Source of the DNA: Spirochaetota bacterium
GTDB lineage: Bacteria; Spirochaetota; UBA6919; CBDBPB01
Length of the DNA: 64,000 bases
Direction: 5' to 3'
NCBI GenBank assembly: GCA_965208615.1
Contig: CBDBPB010000002.1
Coordinates: 64,001-128,000 of the forward strand
In this document: one piece after another, positions 43,895-54,427 of the stretch
Layout of the letters: each line of letters begins with the position of its first letter
Numbering within the stretch: position 1 is the stretch's first letter
Program-made: the position numbers and the translations under genes
The notes under the pieces: model-generated
Databases searched by the model: none
The model's input: the letters and a program-made list of their open reading frames with translations, nothing else
Told to the model about the DNA's origin: nothing

Positions 43895-43898
43895 AAAA

Positions 43899-44480
43899 CT
43901 AACCTTCAGTTTTTAAATTATCAGTAATCATTTTAATTTGTTTAGAATACTTATTCTTATCCATTTTTATAAACATAGTCCTTAACCTAATTAATAGATC
44001 CTTCTTTGATGGATTGGTAATAGTTATAAGGTCATAATCACTTCTTTTGTTTTTTAACATTACATATCTATATGAACCCATAAAATAAATACCAGGCTTT
44101 TTAACTCTTATAGCAGTTTTATTTTCACTAATAGAAAAATTATATACATAACTACCAAATTCCAAAGTCTCTTGAATAAAATCATAAGAGTAAAACTCCT
44201 CAATCTGATAAGGTCCAGGCTTAACTACAGAACTATACCAAAATAAATTACCTTTATCTATCTCAAAATCAAGATATATCTTTGGCTTAAAAGGATATCT
44301 ACGAGCATGTATACCAGTTAGCTCTTTTCCAGGTGCATTTTTCATATCAATATAACCAAAAATAAGGGAACTCTTAAGAGAACTATTAGTATTATGAGAT
44401 TCCTTTTTAGACACAGAATTACTGCAGTCAATAATAAAAAACGCCGCTATTAGTATTATAACTATTAGTCTGAAATACAT
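43899..44480 (-). CDS. Hypothetical exported protein / lipoprotein
   Basis: Signal peptide with Cys; SLIFGYIDM and KPGIYFMGSY segments. Confidence 0.65.
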   Translation of the reverse strand: MYFRLIVIILIAAFFIIDCSNSVSKKESHNTNSSLKSSLIFGYIDMKNAPGKELTGIHARRYPFKPKIYLDFEIDKGNLFWYSSVVKPGPYQIEEFYSYDFIQETLEFGSYVYNFSISENKTAIRVKKPGIYFMGSYRYVMLKNKRSDYDLITITNPSKKDLLIRLRTMFIKMDKNKYSKQIKMITDNLKTEG

Positions 44481-44881
44481 TTTATCTCCAAAATAAGTAA
44501 AACTATACTTAATAGTTTATCTATTAGGATTCTCACATTTTTATAGCTAAAAACTTACTAAAAGCCAAGTAAATAGTTAATATTAGACATACTTTAAAAA
44601 TATGCCTAAGCTTATATTTAATAGATAATAACTTAAGTATTCTAATATGTAAAACCTTGCCCTACAGATAACGTCAATCTATAAAAGTTTAACAATTTAA
44701 ACTAGTTCTCTTTTTCAAAGAGATGTAAAATACATTTATCTGAAGTTATATGTTTTATCATAAGATATATACTTTTTAATCGACCTACTAAGAAATTAAA
44801 ATAATATTTTTTTTATTATAAAAAAAGTGTTTACTATTGTTAACTCGATCTTAAAATAAGATTAAATGAGGGTATAAAGTT

Positions 44882-46699
44882 ATGAATATTATTAGAATAG
44901 TTCTTTGTTTTGGACTAATTGGCATACTACAATGCAATACCAGTAAGGTTAATTCAAAACAAAAAAAAGTTATAAGTGGTAATAAACATCTATTTGAACA
45001 GCTTGTTAAAGAAAAAGATGGATCAAAAACAAATATAGAATACATAAATAGAGAAGGAATTATTAGAACCGATGTAATTGTAACTAATCCTATTACCAAT
45101 GTTAGCGTTAGAGACTTTAATGTTAGAATAACTCAAATTGATAATAGTAGATTTCCAGAGGTTACCCTACTAGTAAGCGTAACTGATAAATATGGTAATC
45201 CCCTTATTGTTAGCAATAAAGACTACTTTCAGATTGAAGAGCATGGTTTACCTGTTAAGAAAGATAATATTATAAGAATTATCCAAAAGAAAGATATAAA
45301 TGAAAAAGCAAATAAAATACCACTAAATACTGTACTCGCAATAGATAAAAGCGGTTCTATGAATGGAGGGCTAACCGAAGAAGAAAAACAACCTTTATGG
45401 TTTGCTAAAAGGGCCGCTGTTGACTTTATAAATAAGGTAAAGGATGATGATCTTGTTAGAGTTATAGCTTTTGATGGTGATATACACTCCCTAGGGTCAA
45501 ATAAAGAGGCTGTATCAATGATAGACCTGCTAAAACCTAAAGGTTCAACCGCCTTATATGGAGCATTATTTATTGGAGTTAAAAAGCTTGAACTTGGATC
45601 TGGTATAAAAGCTATGATATTATTGAGCGATGGTAGAAATGATACAAGGGGTACTGTTAGTAATACAATAAAGAAGATTACCTTGCAATATGGTATACAT
45701 GCGGCTGAACAGTTTGCTATTCCTGTTTTTACGATAGGCTTTGGACAAGACTTTGATGAATATACCTTAAGGAAAATCGCTAATGATACTCATGCACTAT
45801 TCTTTAAAACCGCTAATAAAGAAGAAATAAATAAACTATATACGCAAATAAGACAAATTATTACTACTCAATATTTAATTACTTATAAGTCTGAGTCATT
45901 AGAAGCAGTGACTAATGTTACCGCAAGACTTGGTAAATATGAAGATCACAGACAGTTCATCACTCCGGAACACGTTATTGAGAGAGAAAAAAAACTTATA
46001 AAAGAAATTAATATTGTTGCCAAAGAAAAGTTCCGCTTGGGAAAGGCCAATGAGGATATAAATAAACAGATTGCTAACCTTAATCATAGAATGAAGGAAT
46101 TGGATAAAAAAATACTTATACTAAAAGAAAAAGAGGATCTACTATCTTTAACCTCTAATAAAATAAACGAAAGAGAAAGTAGGCTAATTAGTTATAATAA
46201 AAGTATTAAAGAACTAGAAAATAAGACTAACGAAGATAAAATTAAGCTAAAACAAGAAAAGCAATATCTGGATAATATAAAATCCCAGCTAAATGAAAAT
46301 AAAATCAGACTGGAAGAAAGAAAGGAAGCATTAGCACAACGTGAAAAAGATATTGATAATAAAACTAATCAGCTAAATAATAAAGAAAATGGTTTAGAAC
46401 AAAAGCTATCAAAACTGGATCAAAAAGAAAATAAAATTAAAGAAGAAGAAGCAAGAATCACCCAGCTAAAGGCTATGCTAGAAAGCAAAGAAATTGAGTT
46501 AAATAGCAAATTAAAAAAGAACGAAAAAATAGAAGTTAATCTTGAAAAAGAAAACAAAGAAATTAAGCTAAAACAACAAAAACTAAATGAACTAAAAAAA
46601 CTAATAACTAGCCTATTAAAGCAGATAAAAGTAGAATATGAAGAGTCAATTGATGACCTAGTAAAACAAAAAAAAGAATTGGATACAATTAAACCTTAA
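44882..46699 (+). CDS. VWA-domain lipoprotein with long C-terminal coiled coil
   Basis: Lipobox ILQC; MIDAS DKSGS, TALY, LSDG, TIGFG; K/E-rich heptads. Confidence 0.85.
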   Translation: MNIIRIVLCFGLIGILQCNTSKVNSKQKKVISGNKHLFEQLVKEKDGSKTNIEYINREGIIRTDVIVTNPITNVSVRDFNVRITQIDNSRFPEVTLLVSVTDKYGNPLIVSNKDYFQIEEHGLPVKKDNIIRIIQKKDINEKANKIPLNTVLAIDKSGSMNGGLTEEEKQPLWFAKRAAVDFINKVKDDDLVRVIAFDGDIHSLGSNKEAVSMIDLLKPKGSTALYGALFIGVKKLELGSGIKAMILLSDGRNDTRGTVSNTIKKITLQYGIHAAEQFAIPVFTIGFGQDFDEYTLRKIANDTHALFFKTANKEEINKLYTQIRQIITTQYLITYKSESLEAVTNVTARLGKYEDHRQFITPEHVIEREKKLIKEINIVAKEKFRLGKANEDINKQIANLNHRMKELDKKILILKEKEDLLSLTSNKINERESRLISYNKSIKELENKTNEDKIKLKQEKQYLDNIKSQLNENKIRLEERKEALAQREKDIDNKTNQLNNKENGLEQKLSKLDQKENKIKEEEARITQLKAMLESKEIELNSKLKKNEKIEVNLEKENKEIKLKQQKLNELKKLITSLLKQIKVEYEESIDDLVKQKKELDTIKP

Positions 46700-46703
46700 C
46701 TTT

Positions 46704-48341
46704 TTATTTATCTGTGATAATTTGTGGAGAAGCTCCATAAAGTTCTCCCTCGGTTAATAAATACCTGAAATATGCTATAAAGCTATAACAATAACTTATA
46801 GCTTGAGAAGAGTTTGTTCCTTCCAATCTTTTTTTGCCGTCGATGGTATCAAAATATAGTTTTTCACTACTATTTTGCGTTACAGAATCACTATTGTTAA
46901 TCCAGGATAGTATTTTTTCAAGTTTTTTAGTTATGTCTGTTAGCCTTACACGGATAATATTACTAATTCTGGTTTGATTATCTTCGAAGGTTAATAGCAT
47001 CTCATTCTTTTTATAAGTGGATAAGCTAGAATTAATTTCTATATCATTTATCTCTTTTAGTATAGTAGTATAATCTTTAATTAGGTCATGGCATGAGTTA
47101 ATGCCTAAGTATAGGTCGCTAAATTCTTTTTTAGTGTCAACCTTTTTTCCATCAAGAAGATCAATATTAAATTTTATTTTATTTGAGGTTAGGATAAAGG
47201 AGAACTCTTTTTCAAACTCTTCTAAAATAACATAAACTTTGAATATCTTATCGTTTTTATTAAAATAAGCTATATTTCCTTTATCTTTAACAGTTTCATT
47301 TGTATAGTCGAGTTTATCTATCCATTCTTTTCCTTCTTTAAGTGATTCTGGTAGTTCTTCTTGTTTTTTTTCTTTTAGTTTTTCTTCATCATTTTTGTTT
47401 GTGGATAATGATTTTTGTTTATTAGTTTTAGTTTTTTTTCTTTCTTTTATTGCCTGTTTAATACGATATTCAACTGTCTCACCTTCGTGTATATGCAATA
47501 GACCATATATTCTGCTTTGATCTTGGATATAAATATGTTCCATAAAGAGGTTAGAAATAGCATAGTGTAGTTTGTGAAGGCAGTTATGATAAATAATATC
47601 AATAGCTTTTTTTGATTTAGCCATATAATCTTTATAGCTTTGATCGTCTATAAGTTTTAAATCTTTTTTAATACTTAATGCTAGTTCAACTGCGTCTATA
47701 AGTTCGCTATAATAATGTCTAAATAAGTAAAGCCTACGATAAATCTTTTTTATAGGTTCTTCAATAGCAATAAAGTCAATATTTCCTATACTATTTTCAG
47801 CTATTTTAGAGAAATGTTTAACGTCCTCGGCATTATAAAGATGGCTAGATATTCTTAATAGTTCATATAGGTATATATTTTTTTTTATCATAAGAGTTAT
47901 AAAAGTTTTATATTTAGCTTTTTTGGGATTTAAAATAAATTTTATTACATTATCAAGGTAATATAGTTCAGTGTTTAATAGAGTTTTTTGTTCGTTAATA
48001 AAAGTTTCTTTAAACTGATCCCCAAAAATAGTTTTTACTCCAACAAAAGTCGAAGCCAAATAAAGTGCAAGCTTATCAAAGAAGCTGTTGTGAGCAATAA
48101 CTGGAACTCTATCTTCACTTTTTTGTTCTTCTTTATTTTCTTCACCTGCTAATTCTTTAAGTTTTCGTTTTTCTGATCCACCTATAATATGTTTACTATC
48201 TTTTACCTTTGTTTTTTTAACAGGAGGTTTAATAATCTTTCCACCATGATCAATAAATTTATCAAATAGTTTTTTTTGTTCTTTTTTATTGAGTTTATCA
48301 GCTCCAATTTGTTTATGCAGTTTATCAAATTCGTTTTCCAT
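46704..48341 (-). CDS. Hypothetical helical protein
   Basis: 545 aa ORF; C-terminal half resembles the 1326-2153 protein. Confidence 0.7.
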   Translation of the reverse strand: MENEFDKLHKQIGADKLNKKEQKKLFDKFIDHGGKIIKPPVKKTKVKDSKHIIGGSEKRKLKELAGEENKEEQKSEDRVPVIAHNSFFDKLALYLASTFVGVKTIFGDQFKETFINEQKTLLNTELYYLDNVIKFILNPKKAKYKTFITLMIKKNIYLYELLRISSHLYNAEDVKHFSKIAENSIGNIDFIAIEEPIKKIYRRLYLFRHYYSELIDAVELALSIKKDLKLIDDQSYKDYMAKSKKAIDIIYHNCLHKLHYAISNLFMEHIYIQDQSRIYGLLHIHEGETVEYRIKQAIKERKKTKTNKQKSLSTNKNDEEKLKEKKQEELPESLKEGKEWIDKLDYTNETVKDKGNIAYFNKNDKIFKVYVILEEFEKEFSFILTSNKIKFNIDLLDGKKVDTKKEFSDLYLGINSCHDLIKDYTTILKEINDIEINSSLSTYKKNEMLLTFEDNQTRISNIIRVRLTDITKKLEKILSWINNSDSVTQNSSEKLYFDTIDGKKRLEGTNSSQAISYCYSFIAYFRYLLTEGELYGASPQIITDK

Positions 48342-48784
48342 AATGAGTTGTCCTATGTTTATGATATTAAAAAAGCTAAACTATAGTTGTAGATACTGTA
48401 ACATATAATTTTATAATAACAACTTTTCATTGCAAAAAAGTTTATTATATTATAATTTTATTATAAGTAAAAACCAATATAAAATTAGTAATTTATATAA
48501 AAGTTGTTAGATTTTATACTATATTATATTTAAATATTTTGATAGCTATAAAGAGTTAATTTCAGTCATATTCAAGGCATATAACCCATTTAAAATCCTC
48601 AATAATAAAGATAAAAATAATAAATAAACATCTTTTTGATAAGGTGAAGTTATTATTTTTTATTCATATTTTAATGTCTTTTATTTTAATGTCTTTTATT
48701 ATCAGGTTATATTTTAATAATTATAGTATTAAAGTTTAATAGTTTTCCGAAAATTAATTTTAGAAATTATGGAAAGGGATTCTT

Positions 48785-49874
48785 ATGATCATAAGTAGCA
48801 AAGGGAATAGATTAAATATTAGAGCTTTGTTTTCTTTAAACAAGATTTTTATATTTGTCTTTATTTTTTTTATGTTTGTGTTAACCATGTTATTCTTCTC
48901 TAAGGAAGTTTTATCTCAGGATAGACACAGAATAGATTTTTTAAATAAAAATATAGTCAAAGGTATTAATATAGGGGATAATTATTATAGTGAAGATAAT
49001 GAGAATCTTTTGTATGCCTTAGCTCGTTTTGAGTTGAAGAACAAACAGTTTTTAATTGACGATAATATTGTAGACTATAAAGGATATTTTAAACAGTTAA
49101 AGTTCCGGACTTATACAATTAAAAAGCGTGATACTCTTAGTAGTATTTCAAGGAAGTTTAATATAAATATTGCTACTTTAGTAAGTTTTAATAACATAGA
49201 GGTTGATAAGGCTTTAAGGATTAATAATCAGCTTTTTATTCCGAGTATGGATGGGATTTTATATTCTGTTAAAAAAGAGGATAGTTTAAGAGGTATTGTA
49301 AAGAAGTACTCAAAATATAATGTTAAGTTAGGCGACATAATTTATTTAAATAATATAGTAAATAACAAGATAATAGAGAAAGAGCGTCTTTTTATTCCTG
49401 GAGCAAAAATAGCTAAGAATCTTCTTATTAAGAAGTTAGAGCATACTTTTGCAATACCGGCAAAAGGTAGGATAACATCATTAGTGGGGATGAGGCCTAG
49501 TATTTTTAAGGGTCCCCAAAAAGGGTTATGAATTTCATCCAGGGGTTGATATAAAGGCCTATTATGGTTCACCTGTGAGGGCGGCCAAAAGTGGACGAAT
49601 AAAGTTAGCAGGTAGAGTTAAGGGATATGGAAAAGTAATTTTCATTAACCATGGTAATGGTTTACAGACTAGATATGGTCATTTATCCCGGATATTGGTA
49701 AAACGTGGAGAGAGGGTAAGGAAGAGGCAGGTAATTGGGAAGGTAGGCAGTACTGGCAATTCTACAGGTCCACATCTTCATTTTGAAGTGAGAAAGTATG
49801 GTAAGGTAGTTAATCTTACTCGTAAGTTTAAGGGATTAAGGTTAAAGCGTGGCGGATACTGGAAGTGGAATTAA
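48785..49874 (+). CDS. LysM + M23 family peptidase; apparent +1 frameshift near 49515
   Basis: Two LysM domains; the corrected frame gives HPGVDI (HxxxD), then YGHLS and STGPHLHFEVR. Confidence 0.85.
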
Positions 49875-49900
49875 TTTTATAATTTGTAGACATATTATAG

Positions 49901-50150
49901 TTTTTACTCATAGGGGATTAGGCATACTTTTTTTAGATTTACTGTGTGTTATCAAAGGTATTACTATGCTATTGTAAAGAGGTTTTGCTAGTTTACTTTT
50001 TATAATTGTTGTTTATTTATAGGGGATTAGGCATACTTTTTTTAGATTTACTGTGTGTTATCAAAGGTATTACTATGCTATTGTAAAGAGGTTTTGCTAG
50101 TTTACTTTTTATAATTGTTGTTTACTCATAGGGGATTAGGTATACTTTTT
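49901..50150. repeat. Tandem repeat, 109 bp period, ~2.3 copies
   Basis: TAGGGGATTAGG at 49911, 50020 and 50129. Confidence 0.9.
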
Positions 50151-50532
50151 TGAAGTTTTACACATAACGTCAATATCTAATATTTAAATAATCCGCTCTA
50201 CACCTTTATGGAACTGCAAATCCGTTAACACTTAATAAGGGTCTATAATCCTTAGTCTCAGTAAGGGATTCTTAATAGCTCCCGTAATGATGACTACTTG
50301 CATAAAAAGTGATATTTTGTGTTAATTACTAAGGCATTTAAACAGCACTTAAAGAGCATATAGGGATAACCTGCTTGACACAGGAAAATAACTTTTCCAT
50401 AAATATTTTAACTTTCCTGTTCCACAAAGAGATATAAAATACATCTGCCTTTACGTTATATGTCTTGCTTTTTACCTTGTAGACTTTGTCATAACTATGT
50501 CATAAAATGACAACTGAATTATTAAATAATAT

Positions 50533-51374
50533 CCCTTTAGCCTTAACAAAAAATAAATATACTTACTCGTCTGACTTAAAGTCTAAGCGTACAAGTTTAT
50601 ATGCATGTCTATTTTCAACAACCTAAACTTGATGGAGTATCCGTTATACTAAACCATAAAAAAGAAAAACTATATTCCCTTTAACCTCAACAAAAAATAA
50701 ATATACCTACCAGCCCTAACTCAAGGTCTGAGCGTACAAGTTTATATGCATGTCTATTGTCAACAACCTAAACTTGATAGAGTGCCTGTTATACTAAACC
50801 ATAAAAAAGAAAAACTATATTCCCCTTAGCCTCAACAAAAAATAAATATACTTACTCGCCTGACTTAAAGTCTAAGCGTACAAGTTTATATGCATGTCTA
50901 TTGTCAACAACCTAAACTTGATGAAGTATCCGTTATACTAAACCATAAAAAAGAAAAACTATATTCCCCTTAGCCTCAACAAAAAATAAATATACTTACT
51001 CGCCTGACTTAAAGTCTAAGCGTACAAGTTTATATGCATGTCTATTGTCAACAACCTAAACTTGATGAAGTATCCGTTATACTAAACCATAAAAAAGAAA
51101 AACTATATTCCCCTTAGCCTTAACAAAAAATAAATATACTTACCCGCCTGACTTAAAGTCTAAGCGTACAAGTTTATATGCATGTCTATTGCCAACAACC
51201 TAAACTTGATGGAGTGCCTGTTATACTAAACCATAAAAAAGAAAAGCTATATTCCCCTTAGCCTTAACAAAAAATAAATATACTTACTCGCCTGACTCAA
51301 GGTCTGAGCGTACAAGTTTATATGCATGTCTATTGTCAACAACCTAAACTTGATGAAGTATCCGTTATACTAAA
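50533..51374 (-). repeat. Tandem array of ~144 bp units (about 6 copies, with substitutions between units)
   Basis: AACAAAAAA(A)TAAATATAC at 50545, 50689, 50834, 50978, 51122 and 51266. Confidence 0.96.
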
Positions 51375-51396
51375 TTATCACATATTATGTATAGGT

Positions 51397-54189
51397 ATGG
51401 CAATTGGGAATATTAAAACCTCTTATTAAAATATAGCTATCCCCTTTGAAATAGGTTTAAGTACTTTTTCAGGATGCGGAGAGGATGATATATCCTGTGA
51501 GGCTCTGGGTGATTGTGATAAAAATGTTGAAAGTCAGCTAGAGAAAGCAAAAGATGAGGTTACAGCTGCAAATAAAGAGGTTAACGATGCAAAGAAAGAG
51601 GTTAAAAAGGATAAAAAATTAACGCCTGAAGAATTAGAAGAAGCAAGAAAAAAATTAGAAGAAGCAAGAAAAAAATTAGAAGAAGCAGAAAAAAGATTAA
51701 AAGAAGCAAAAAAGATATTAGAAAAGCTAGAAGATATGTTCCTTAAGGTTTGCAAGGTAACAAGAACTACGGATGCTTATATTAACGCTGTTACTTGTAA
51801 TAAGACTCTCGAGGATAAGTGTAATGGTGAGTGGGATTCACAAGACTGTATAGCGTCTCTTGGTACGGCAATTGGGGTATGTAGAGTAGAAAAAGATACA
51901 ACTACTCGTACTGACGTTGTTACTTGTAATACGATGGTTCAAAGTGAGTGTGATGACAAACTAGGTGAGTGGGGCTTGCAAAGCTGTACTACAAATCCTG
52001 GTACTAAAAGGCTAAAAGCAGTGCCAGAAGCAATATGCAAGGTAATTAGAGATACAGCTTCTCATGCTAATGTAGTTACTTGTAATACAATGGTTCAAAG
52101 TGAGTGTAGTAAAAGTAAAAGAAAAGGTAATTGGAATCCACAAATCTGTAATCCAGATATTGGTACGCCAATAAGTAAAACCTGTAAGATAATAAAAGAT
52201 TCGGATACTCATACTGATGTTGTTACTTGTCAGACTACTACTAAGGCTGATTGTCCAAGTCCAAGTGTGTGGGATCCAAAAACCTGTATTCCGTCTATTG
52301 GTAATACATGTAAGATAACAGAAAATACGGATAGTCATACCGGCGTTGTTACTTGTAAAAAAACTACTAAGGATGATTGTCAAGGTGAGGGGCGTGCGTG
52401 GGGTCTACTAGCCTGTACTGAGTCTATTGGTACTCCAATAACTAAGACATGCAAAGTGGAAAAAGATACGGATAGTCATACCGGCGTTGTTACTTGTGAT
52501 AAAACTACTAAAACTCAGTGTGATACTGATAAGGGTACCTGGGACCCACCAAGCTGTGAGCCGTCTGATGGTACAAAAAGGCAAACACCAGTGGAAGAAA
52601 AGGTTTGTAAGATAACAAAAGATACGGATACTCATACAGGCGTTGTTACTTGCGATAAGAATATTAAGACTGAGTGTGATACTAAACAAGGTGAGTGGGA
52701 TCCACAAACCTGTACTCCGTTTACTGGTCAGCCCAAGACTAAGATTTGTAAGATAACAACAGAGACGTATACTCATACAGGCGTTGTTACTTGTGATACA
52801 ACTACTAAGGCTCAGTGTGATACTGATAATGGTGATTGGGACTCACAAAGCTGTACTACAAATCCTGGTACGCCTAAGACTAAGGTTTGCAAGATAACAG
52901 AAAATACGCCTACTCGTAGAGGTGTTGTTACTTGTGATACAGCTACTAAAACTCAGTGTGATACTGATAAGGGTGAGTGGGGCTTAAAAAGTTGTACTCC
53001 ATCTAAGGGTAAGGCAATTAAGGTTTGTAAGATAACAACAGAGACGCCTAGTCATACAGGCGTTGTTACTTGTGAGAAAACTACTAAAACTAAGTGTGAT
53101 ACTAAACATGGTGAGTGGGACTCAACAAACTGTACTCCGTCTGCTGGTACGCCCATACCAAATGGTACGCCCATACCACCTGGGGTTGTTTTTGTAAAAG
53201 CTGGAACTCGTACTACTAAAAATGGGAAATCCTGGAATACTGCTTATAGTGATCTTCAAAAAGGTATTGAGGAAGCCTCAGAAAAGTTTAAGTCTACTAA
53301 AAAACCTGTTAAGGTATATGTAGCCCAAGGGACTTATAAGCCTCAGAGTAGGCCAAATGGTGGTACTAGTGATCGTCATAACCATTTTTCATTAAGGAAT
53401 GGTGTAGAGGTTATTGGGGGTTTTCCTGGTCTAATTACTGGTGAGTCTAATAATCCTAACTACTATAAGACTGTCCTAAGCGGTGATATCAGAAGAGTGG
53501 GCGATGATAGTGATAACGCCTATCATGTTTTTTATCATCCAGCTACTGCAAAGCTAGATAACACTGCAAAGTTAGTAGGGGTTATAATTACCAAAGGCAA
53601 TACTAATACTAGTAGTAATTCCCATAGTTCTGGAGGAGGCATGTTTAATTATGAGAGCTCTCCAACGTTAACAAATGTGGAGTTTAATAGTAATACGGCA
53701 TCATACGGAGGGGGCATGGATAATACTAGTAGTAGCTCTCCAACGTTAACAAATGTGGAGTTTAATAGTAATACGGCATCATACGGAGGGGGCATGTTTA
53801 ATTTTAATAATAGCTCTCCAACGTTAAAAGATGTGACTTTTACTAGTAATACGGCTACTTATAGAGGAGGGGGCATGTATAATTATAATGAGAGCTCTCC
53901 CACTTTAACAAATGTGACTTTTACTAGTAATACGGCTAATAGGTACGGAGGGGGCATGGTTAATTGGGGTAATAGCAAGCCCACTTTAGATAATACGGTG
54001 ATTTTTAATAAAAACATTGCTGGTAGTGTTGCTAATAGCCAAATAGGCAAAGGCGGGGCTATTTATAATTATTCCTCAAGCATAACAGGCACACCAACCT
54101 ATGGAACGGGTACTAATGAAAATAAAAAGGTTGTCAAAAATAATAATGGCACATATAAACTTATAAAGTCAAACCTTGACTCAGACTAA
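51397..54189 (+). pseudogene. Pmp-like beta-helix lipoprotein with coiled coil and 10 Cys-rich repeats; in-frame TAA at codon 11 (51427-51429)
   Basis: MAIGNIKTSY*NIAIPFEIGLSTFSGC, then an open frame through to 54189; the listed ORF at 51736 starts at an internal Met. Confidence 0.7.
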
Positions 54190-54427
54190 TAAGTATATTT
54201 ATTTAGTCCGTTAAAATTAAGGGGAGTATAGCTCCTCTTTTTTTTATGGTTTTTATAACAAAGTAGCATAAATAGCAGTTATAGCATAGATAGACTTGAC
54301 TTATCCTTCTATAAATATTATCCTATGTGATAGAACAAGTTAATTTACTTTTAATTCTATAGTTTTTAATAAAAAGTTGTTTTTTGTTTAGTTTGAGTTA
54401 TCTTATAAAAAAACAAGGAATTAAGTT
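54190..54427 (+). promoter_or_regulatory. Paralog intergenic module: terminator (54221-54245) + promoter variant TTGACT-N17-TATCCT (54296-54324)
   Basis: Near-identical to 14537-14726 except at the -10 box. Confidence 0.75.

Larger units (their letters stand above)
49901..51374 (-). repeat. Dispersed non-coding element copy 4 (109 bp duplication + 304 nt core at 50160-50463 + 144 bp array)
   Basis: Reverse-complement homology to copies 1 and 2. Confidence 0.93.

Noticed and set aside
48667-48700. 15 bp tandem duplication TATTTTAATGTCTTT
   Set aside because: Low-complexity AT-rich duplication with no evident function.
50160-50463. Canonical integron attC site (ACATAAC ... GTTATAT ends)
   Set aside because: The ends resemble R''/R' boxes, but 304 bp far exceeds typical attC length, I could not find paired L boxes, and there is no integrase or cassette array. 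Kept only as a test for the core element.
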